From the human T2T-CHM13v2.0 reference genome, Homo sapiens: DNA of 64,000 bases. A model generated the notes under the pieces. That model was not told the DNA's origin, ran no database searches, and worked only from the letters and a program-made list of their open reading frames with translations. Positions 51,804 to 64,000 of this stretch are shown here, in pieces. The first letter of the stretch is position 1. The number at the start of each line of letters is the position of its first letter. The DNA lies in NCBI RefSeq assembly GCF_009914755.1, contig NC_060933.1, one strand, 5' to 3'. The position numbers and the translations under genes are program-made.

Positions 51804-52158
51804 TGTCTTAGTCCGTTTATGCTGGTAAAACAGAATACCACAAACTGGGTAATTTTAAATGAAATACATTTATTAGCTTATGGTTCTGAAGGCTGGGAAG
51901 TCTGAGAACAAGGGGCCAGCACCTGACAAGGGCCTTATGGCTGTGTCATCTCGTGGTAGAAGGGCAAAGAGAGGGTGAGAGAGATCAAGAGACTGAACTT
52001 GCAACCTCAAGCCCTTTTATAATTGACATTAATCCATTCGTGAGGGTGGAACCCTCATAACCTAAACACCTACCCTTAGGCCCCACCTCTCAATACTGTT
52101 GCATTGGGGATTAAATTTCCAAAACATACTTTTGGAAGGAGACATTCAAACCATAACA
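51804..52158. mobile_element. MSTC/D-type MaLR LTR
   Basis: tgtcttagtccgttt..cattcaaaccataaca with TSD ctgga/ctaga. Confidence 0.75.
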
Positions 52159-54912
52159 CTAGATATAAACCATTAACAAAAAATTTGTGTCAGGATCTTA
52201 AGTTCTCTGGGATATTTTTCCTTTACCATTTTTAGCCTCCTATACTCTACAGTGTGCTAGAAGTAGGGATGGGAAATGTAATTTTGTGTTACATGTAAAG
52301 AAAATATTAACATTTTACATGTTTTTAAGGGGTCCTATATTTTATAGACAGGATTGATTTCTAGATTTTTTTTTAATTTTTGGTCTTTATTCTCTTATAT
52401 GTTTGCCAAGTTTGTGAAGTCATATTGTCATTGGGTACAATGGTTCATTTGAAGTACACATAAAAAGGAAATTTGTCACAAAGTCGCAAATCACTAGTTG
52501 ATGGATTTTTAGCTTAAAAAAAGAGAGGCATTTAAGAAAACTTACCATACAGCACATTAAGACAGCAGAGATTTCTATCCAGAACTTACCCAATGACCTT
52601 ACTGAGGCGTTTTTTATTTGTTTCATGTCATTCACTAATTCCTAATTAAACACAAGTCGATTTTTGTGTATGCATTATAACAGTGTACTTTATTTGCAGA
52701 AAAGATGTTTCATTCTTAGCAATATAGGAAATTCTGAAAAAATCTTGGGCAATAAAATAATAGAGGTGTTTCTTTGCTCAATAATTTAATACATATAAGC
52801 AATGATTTAGGAACTATAGAGTTTTTAGCTTAAGTAACTATTAACTATTGGTGAGGTATTATAATGAGGGATGTTAATTTACTTATATGCTTAAACTACA
52901 GTGAAATATTTTATTAATGATATAGTGAATTACTGTAAAGAAAACTGTAATATAGAATTCTGAAGTTCTTATTCCCTTATTCCATTTTAGACTGAGTGAC
53001 AAAATTACCATCAATACATGCAATGTTGCTCAGATTTTTAAATCACATTTTGTTTCGTTAATTTATCCAACTTTTCTTATTTTATAGGGAGCCACTGTAT
53101 ATAAAATTTCCTGTATGATAGACTTACGAAGACTTACTTAACATTATATTTTTAAATTTTATAACAGGCTATATTTTCACCATGATAAATTGAATTCTGC
53201 ATTTGTGGTTTCTCCATGCTACAAAGAATGTATGTAGTGAAGCTTAGCTTGTCATATGGTGAACTGGTGAAAATGGCATCATGAAAATGGTGTCAACATT
53301 GTTCTCTAATGAAAGAGAAAAAGAGTAGACAAAAAACCTCTCATGGGAGTATAGAATACTTTTGGGGAAAAGATTCTGAAAAATCATTCAGCTTCTACAG
53401 TTTAGTTATAATGAATAGGAATCATGAATATTGAATATAGTATGACTTCAAAAAAAATCTTGCTTCCACTTTTTTTACTGCTGCTTAGCAAAGAAACATA
53501 TATTGAACTAAAAATATAAGCTAGTCTGTTCAGATGTATCTTATATTTTTAATGTAAGGTGGAAAGCTGGCTTACAGAACTTTTTAATGCACAAGAAATA
53601 ATGAATGCTACAAAATCGTACAGACTCATGGTAATTATTAGCTTTAAAATTCCTGTATTTCATAAACTCTAGTTAAAATGACTGTGTTACTTGGGCAAAT
53701 TTAATCTTCTGCTAATGAATATGTTCTTTACAAGAAAGTTTAAATGAAATATTTAAAATTCAGTTAAGATGGTTTAATAATTTTTCTCACATTTTTAATG
53801 AGATTTAATTTTGACCAAGAATAGTTCCGACCACATTGTACTCACAGCCCCCCAAAAGTCCATATCCATTTATATCTGTGTCAGAGTGAGTTAGATTTTT
53901 GTTGTCATTAATGACTGACGTATATTTGAGCCATAGGTTTTTGGTTATCATTAATGACTGATATATATTTGAGCCACCAGACCATATACAAATAATATAA
54001 CCAAGTAATGTAAGTTTTCTTATAATCCTTTTTTTACTATTACAATCCTTAGGTAAGTCTGTAAGGCAGTGACAACTCAATACCAACATCAACAACAATA
54101 CCAAGAAAGGATTGTTCCTTCTTACTGACTCTAACAGAGCTGACAGCTCTCTTCTCTTTCAACAAGAAAAGCGTTATTTCATGAACCTTTTTTAAAAAAG
54201 AATGAGTGAAATTATTTTAAATATTAATTTGACACCCTTCTTTAAGACTTATAGAAAAATTATTTTATTAAGGAGAGTCAGTCTGACTAGCAATAAACCT
54301 AAATTGTAGAAATAATTTCAGTATGATATCGTGTCTTTCAAGTACTCCGTATTTGGTAGCTGGAACTATTAAATAAGTATTTTTAGCTTGATGCAATAAA
54401 AAGATGAGGTTCATTTATGGTTAACACTATCTATCTTCACACAAATAATCTATTTGATGAAGTATTTCAATTGAGCAATATTTGTTGGGGATCTGCTGTA
54501 GGCATGGCAGTCCATCGGGGTGACAAAGCTGACCAAAACCTAGAACCTGATCCCAAAAACTTGTTTTTAGAGCAGATTAACCTTATCCACCGACAGTCTT
54601 ATTAAGATGTAAATCTACTTTGGAAAGCAATAATTTCTTTTGAAATAGAACAAATGGAAACTTTTGCTTGTCCACTGATTGAAAGATTAAAAGCTCTTAA
54701 TCAGTACTATTCTAATAAAGGAGACATAGCTTGTTTAAACAAAATGTATTTCAGACATTTCAGAAATCATATTTGGAAAAATACAAACTGCTCTCTGACA
54801 CATTTTTGACTGTGTAAACTAGGACTCTTTCATTTCAAATTATAAACCTGAATTGGAACCCAATGCCATGCAATTCAATTCCTTTGTTTTTATTATAAGA
54901 GTAGTTAATTGA

Positions 54913-55238
<326 letters not shown>

Positions 55239-55324
55239 TTAGGACTAAGATGCCTTTTCAAAAATCCAGATTTGTCCTTCTAAATGCAAGCACAGAGTTT
55301 TACAAGCAAGCTCTCAATTCATTC

Positions 55325-55646
55325 CTGTAGCAGCCCCCTCTTATGTGCTATTCCACTTGCTGAGGTTTCAGTTACCTGTGGTCAACTGTAGTCCAAAGAT
55401 ACTGCAATATTTTGAGAGAGGGACAACATTCATATAACTTTTATTACAGTATATTGTTATAATTGTTCTATTTTATTACTAGTTATTACTAATCTCTTAC
55501 TGTGCCTAGTTTATAAATTAAACTTGATCATAGGTATGTATATATAGGAATAAATATTGACATATAGGGTTTGGTCCTATCCATAGTTTCTGGCATTCAC
55601 TGGGGGTCTTGGAATGTATTCCCCGTGGATAAGGAGGGACTACTGT
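55325..55646. mobile_element. MER44A (TcMar-Tigger)
   Basis: ggtttcagttacctgtggtcaac..ggataaggagggactactgta. Confidence 0.75.
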
Positions 55647-56439
55647 ACTGTCTTTAAGACAAGAACTTAAGTCTTTAGAATAAGTAATTTTCTAGCCTAG
55701 GATATTTCAAACTTTAAAGAACTAATAGAGGAGAAGTTTTTAAAAACAGTGTACATTATTCTAGATAGCTATTTGCTGGTAGATATGACATTGGAAACCC
55801 ATGAATTGCCTAGTTAGGGAAAACTGGTTTTCTTGAATTCCTAGATTCTTCGCTTTCTTACCAGCATTTAGATGGACTGTGCTGCAAGAAAAATAAGGGA
55901 ACTAACAAGCTCCATGCAGTACTTTGAGGCATCATTTGCGTGTGTGTGTGTATGGACATATTTTAAGATCACTCATATAGGAGAAAAGTCTGTCTCATGC
56001 CATTGACCTTCCCTCTTTCACACCTCAACATGGAGAAAGGATGGGAAGGGAGATTACAGTTGAAAGTGTTTCTTTCTGTGTCCTATTTTTTAAATTTCTT
56101 TTTGTTTCTGAACATTCCTTACATAGCAGGCTATGCAAACCCTAAGCTCTGAAGAACACAGAAGGTGAGGGCACAGACACATTTAATGAGCTGTTTTGAA
56201 GAATAACTTATTTTTTCTGGTAGATGACTGATTTCATGGTTGTGATGATGGTGGTTGGATAATCATATTAGGTTTCTGACTATTTTGAATTTTTAAATTC
56301 ATGTATTTATTCAACAAATATTTGTTGAGCACTAACTGTGTTCCAGCCACCGTACTAATCACCAAGGACAGTTCTTATGGAGAACATAATCTTGTAAGTT
56401 TTTTCTCACCTAAGAGTTTTTTCATTATTCTATTAGTAA

Positions 56440-58400
<1,961 letters not shown>

Positions 58401-59631
58401 TGATGTCCAAGAAATATATTTTCTCAAGAATAAGGGAAAACCGAAAGTTGGATTTAGGAACCATGGTTCTAATTCATTTGCTCCTCCATTTATGTATTCA
58501 ACTTGTATTTTTATTGCATACCTACTTTGCGTTGGTTCTGACAACCTTTATTTAAAAACATAGCCTTGCATGCATTATGTCCCTTCAGCATTTCTCAGCA
58601 GTGACAACTTCATCACTTTGGTAATGAACCAGAAATTAATAATTCTATCTTTTGTTGTTCATTTCTAGAATTTAACAGAAACAAGTTCGAAGAAAAACCA
58701 TGTAAAAGCCTGCAATGATATTTTCACCTTTTTTGTGGAAAGAAATAGATACAGAATTGGTAGTATTTACTATTATGGCATTTTGCTTTTGAAGGAGAAG
58801 AACCTGTATGGTCATGAAAATCCACCAAAAAATAAAAAATACAAATGACTATGCGAGATTTGCCAGTTAAACACAGTTTTTTAAAATGAAGAGGACATCT
58901 AATAAAGGGGAAATATGTTCATACATCTTAATGACTTACCATTAAAAGTACCAGTTTAAAAGAAGAAAATGAACACCACCACAGATGGCTTAATTTTACC
59001 CCTCGAACATTGTTCTTTTTGCCATATGGAATCACGCATGAAAAGCAGCTCATTCTGCAGTCTATAATAGTCCTACCAAAAGGGAAGCCTTAACAGAACA
59101 ATATGTATTAATAAGAAACACAAACACAGAATTGCTTAATATTTTGATTTATGTTTTTGGCTTCAAAATTGTTGCCTTGGGAGTGCTTTTGATATCTGTG
59201 AATATCCCTTCATTCTAAGGGGATAAGAAATACTATGGCTATGGATGACACTCTCTCTGTAACCAGGCAAAGATAGCATAATTTTCTAGTGTTGTACTTT
59301 GCGAAAGAGCAGCTGTAAATATTCAGGGGTATCTTGCTTTATGTAATAGAATATCTCTGAAAAGCCTGGTTACATGTAACTCAGCCATTACATTCAAAAA
59401 ATATCTTAAATGTAGTATGGGAAAGCTAAAAACAGCCCGTAAAGTCCTTTCACAGTCTATAGAAATCACTGATAATGTTTTTCTCTTGCTGGCTTTGATT
59501 TTTAAAATTATTGATACTATTTGAAAAACATCATGTTTTATTCAAAGACAAGGTGCTCTGTATAACTACAGTTACTTTATATGATGGAGGTCTACATTTC
59601 TAACTTCTAATGCTTTTAAAAATGTCAAGGT

Positions 59632-59933
59632 GGCCAGGCGCAGTGGCTCATGCCTGTAATCCCAGCACTTTGGGAGTCTGAGGCAGGCAGATCACGAGGT
59701 CAGGAGATTGAGACCATGCTGCCTAACACAGTGAAACCCCATCTCTACTAAAAATACAAAAAATTAGCAGGGCGTGGTGACGGGCGCCTGTAGTCCCAGC
59801 TACTCGGGAGGCTGAGGCAGGAGAATCGCTTGAACCCGGGGAGGCAGAGGTTGCAGTGAGCTGAGATCATGCCACTGCACTCTAGCCTGGGAAACAGAGT
59901 GAGACTCTGTCTCAAAAAAAAAAAAAAAAAAAA
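59632..59933 (+). mobile_element. AluY/Sc8-like
   Basis: Full Alu with TSD aaaaa(t)gtcaa. Confidence 0.88.
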
Positions 59934-60339
59934 GTCAAAGCATCTCTATTTACTGTTCTGAAAAATGCAGGCTCTAGAGGTGGACTCCTTGGTTTCAAAA
60001 CGTAGGATCTACAAGTCACTAACTCTGACCTCGTCTATAAAATGCCTCAGTTTTCTATAAAATAACTATAATATTTCAAAGATTTTTTGTGCATATTAAC
60101 TAGATGATGCATGGAAGTACTTAGCACAATACCTGGCTTACTAGATCTTAATCACTCTCATTTGTCACATGGTTTGAAGGGAAAAATACAGATTGCAGAA
60201 AGCAATTATCATATTGGTATTTAACAATATGCATACAAGATATTTTTTCCATTTTTTTAGATTATAAAAGCAAGAAATGCCAATGGTATAAACAAAATCA
60301 AGTAAACTAGTACAGAAAGTTTTAAATTTAAAGTAAGGT

Positions 60340-60680
60340 CTTATGCTACTACATGTATGAACATTGAAAACATTTTGCTAAGTGAAAGGGGCCAGTTACA
60401 AAAGACCACATATTATGGTATCTATTTATACGAAATATCCTGAACATATAAATCTATTTAGACAGAAAGTAGATTAGAAGTTGCCAAATGTTGAGTGGGA
60501 GATGAGAGTAGTTGGAGGGTGGTGGCTAAATCGGGTGGGGTTTCTTTTGGGGGTGATGAAAAGCTTTAAAATTGATTGTGGTGATGGATGCACAACTTTG
60601 TGACTATACTAAAAGTCATTCATTTACACACTTTAAAAGGGTAAATTGTATGGCATGTGAATTATATCTCAAGCTATTTT
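60340..60680 (+). mobile_element. L1MB-like 3' end
   Basis: gctaagtgaaag..aaagaccacatatt..gacagaaagtagattag..tgtgaattatatctcaa. Confidence 0.7.
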
Positions 60681-63600
60681 TTTTAAAGTAAAGTCTGCCA
60701 CTCTTATTCCCACTCTTAGGCCCACTGCTCATAGTGTCTACTTTTAGTTCTTCTGGGCGTTCTCAACTTACCAACTTTGGATTGTATGTGTTGACTTCCT
60801 ATAAGAATTCTTCCTCATATGTCTACCTCTGTCTGTGGATCTTCCTTTTCCTGATTTTTAAAATGTTTTTATTTGTTTTCATATCTGATCCTCCCTCTCT
60901 CTCCTCGTCTCTCTCCACATGCATACGACACACATCCAGGAAAAAAATCTGCCGATAGTTGTATTCCAAAATGTAGTTTATCTCTGAGAGGTAGTATATG
61001 GATAATTAATTTTTCTCCTTTTATCTCTCTGTATTTTCTAATTTTCAGTAACTATTAGGTATTAATTATATTATTAAACATAACTACATCAAATGTTAAG
61101 GATATTGATGAAAATATTTTTAAAAATATTTTAAATACTTGCCTTCCTAATTAGGCAGAGTTCTTAGACTATTTTCCCTTTCCTTGATTATGTTGATTAT
61201 GCAGGTTATACCTGCAGGCCAAACTTCCTCCTTCCACAACTTTCAGAGTGATTTTTCTAATACACAAACATGATTGTGTTAATTCTATGCTTAAAAGCTT
61301 TGACTTGCTCGTTATCACCCCCTGAAGACATATCTGGATTCTTGCTCATGACACAGAAGGCTGTCATAGCCCAACCTAACCTACTTTTTTTAGAGTTAAT
61401 TCTTAGTGTTAGACCCTGTGCTAGGGTTGCAAAGAAAAATGAGAAATTGATATCATATCCTTGGAGAGTTCACAGATTGTGAACTGGTTCTGCTTCTTAG
61501 TAGCTGAAATTGTCTGGTTAGCACATAGAACAGGAATCACTGTGGCATTTCAGAATCTTGGGCTATTATGTCCAATGAACAAATAAAGGCTATTCACCTG
61601 TCATCTGTTTTGGTCCAAATAAAGGAGTCCAGAATCGGAAAGAGAAATGGCTATGAGGAAAATAAGCCTTGAAAAATAGTGGGAAGACAATGAGGCTCTG
61701 CTAATAGTAATGCCACTTTTACATATGCATTTGGAGTGATGAGTAATTATAACCCATATTGTATGGACTTTTTGAGTCTATAGAGGCTTTAATGCAAAAA
61801 TAACCATCTCTTACCTATCTACTTTATTTAGCACTCAAAACAACTTCATGAGATCTTACTGGTATCCTCAATTCACAGATAAGGAATGAAATTCTAAGAG
61901 ATCAAGTTGCTGACTCAATATTACACACCAAATTAAATCAGACTTCCTTCTGTCTTCAAATTCTGTTATCATGGAGAAAACATCAGGGTTTACTCTTTGG
62001 TTTAAGAGCAAAGAATTGGAAAGAAGTGGGATATTAGTTTCGAGAACTAAAAGCCACCATAAAGAAATGTCTTAGAACTATCTATGCTCCTTATTGTGAC
62101 AAAAACCACAGCAAGAGATCATTATTCTGCTTACCTTGTGCCCAGCACTCTGCTAAATGCTTTACATATACTATTGAATATATTTTTGAATTTAATTCTT
62201 AGGAACTCTATGAGGTAGCTACTGTCTTTTTCTCCATTGTCTAGATGAGGAAAGCAAGGCTTAGATAAGTGGCTTAGCCTAAAATCTACAATAAGTGGCA
62301 GAGCTGGGACTTGCACCATAACAGAGCCCATGTTCTTCCCTTGAGCTCCACAACTTACTGTGTGCTTTCCTTTGAGAGAGTGGTTAAAAGCAATAATTTT
62401 TCTTTTTAAAATCCAGAAAAGCTGTTTCCAGAATTTTGGGTGTCACACATTAGCTTTTTGCAGTTCCTCTTCTCTCTCTGGCTCAAAGCCACCCTGATTA
62501 AACAGATGGAGGGTGTTTAAACAGATGGGTGGATATGATGACAACTTGTTTCTGCTATGATTTTCCTGTTGCCTCGACCTTATCTTCTTAATGCTCTAAT
62601 ATTACCAAGCCATTGCAATTGTTTGTAACCAGCTTATCATTTGGCCTTATTACAAAATCTGAGAAAATGAGAAATTTATGGTAAAGGAGTAGAAAGAATA
62701 CCAAAATTATAATTTGAAAACATGATTTCCAATGTTAGTTCTGACCCTTTTTAACTTTTTTGAGGTGTCTATTTTCCTCACTTTAAATTGTCAATTTCCC
62801 CTGACACATAGAACACATAGAAGATCCTAAACTGATTAGTAATTTATTAAAAACAAAACAACCCAAAACACCTGTATCCTGAATTCTCTCACTTTTAAAT
62901 CAACTTCTACAAAAACTCTCAGAGTACTGCACAAGAAGCTTTTTAAAATTTCATTGATTTACCTCTGGAAATTGAGCCCAACTCACTTCTGCCTCTCTTT
63001 TTTTAATTTACTGGTTTTAATTTTTGAATATAATATAATTTTTCTTTAAAAAGTGGCAAACATAGCAATCTCTTTATGAAAAAATAGATGTATAAGATAT
63101 ACTCAGATGGAAATGACTCTTGAACACATTTTCCCTCTTTTTCAGTTCATGAATTATGACAGGTAAGTAGGTGTATATTCTTTAATCATTATAGAAATCC
63201 TGATTGCCAATTTCCCATCCAATGCATAGTTCAAGAAGAAGCCATGAATACTTCCTTGTCTCAGTCCTTCCTGCAGTTTTTGATTTTGTGGTTCCAGATA
63301 GCATTCTTGTTTCTTGCAGCAGGAGTTTAAAGCTGGAATCCCTTTGACCTTGGCCACAGCAAACAGAAGATTAATGAAATGAAGCTGAATGACAGTGCTG
63401 GCCCAACATTAGCAACATTCATCTTTTCCCTTCAGTTATTTTACCACTGGGTCTCAATTCATTTCACCTGACTCTTTGACTCTCTTCTACTTCTCATGAC
63501 TCGGGGAATTCGTTTACATGTTGGACTGGAAATTTGGATTTGGTGGTCATCAGTGTGAATGTAGTAGCTATGAGTGATGATGATGTCATCCAAGGAGAGT

Positions 63601-64000
63601 AAATAAATGTGAAAGAGAAGAATGTCATCAATAGGACAAAGCCCTGCCTGAAAGCCCTCATTTCTCATGTCAGCTTTAATGTATTGCCTCAATAATTTTT
63701 TTGTCAGTATTTGAAAAGTTTTCATTAGCTAAATATATAAATACATAAATAAAGCTGACATTTACGGTAAAACTAAAAGGCTTAAGATCCTTGAAAAGAA
63801 TGAGTGGATATACATACCTAATCCCTGGATGAGAACCCTTTCTAAACATGTCACCCAAGGCAGAAAGTCTTAAGAAAAAAGATTAATAGAAGGTATATCA
63901 TCTGTATCTCTATAGCTATTAATAGAAGATATATATCTTCCATTAATCTATGTATCTTCTATTAATAGAGATAGAATATGTAGAAGGTATGTATTTTCTA

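Noticed and set aside
58610-58664. Possible extra exon NEQQKIELLISGSLPK after a good acceptor at 58665
   Set aside because: It would need a 63-nt intron, has no good donor, and is out of phase with the favoured frame.
63154-63385. Minus-strand ORF (..GIPALNSCCKKQECYLEPQ..) as a possible upstream exon of the candidate gene
   Set aside because: There is no convincing donor in a phase compatible with exon I, so it was left out.

Overview
Human genomic DNA. An LTR5_Hs and an AluYb8 point to the human lineage. The left 24.6 kb holds the 5' part of PTAR1 on the minus strand: coding exons 1-3 (24550-24465, 15559-15390, 6467-6401) and a CpG-island promoter with a pure (CG)9 tract. The remaining ~39 kb lies upstream of PTAR1 and is mostly transposon-derived. 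It contains an AluYb8 nested in an AluY tail, a complete 968-bp HERV-K(HML-2) LTR5_Hs solo LTR, a decayed ERVL provirus with nested MLT1, MSTB, MLT2A1, MER2 and Alu insertions, and L1PA, L1PB and L1M elements with internal inversions. The most notable unexplained signal is a chain of small GT-AG exon-like units on the minus strand, all in unique sequence between 52.4 and 59.1 kb. Their phases are compatible and they splice into a 154-codon open frame (185 codons with one stop if an extra symmetric exon is added), followed by AATAAA. This is a candidate unannotated gene, unitary pseudogene or lncRNA exon set. It was found by eye and has not been verified by any search. Repeat family and subfamily names are from recall of consensus sequences, and the boundaries of old repeats are approximate.
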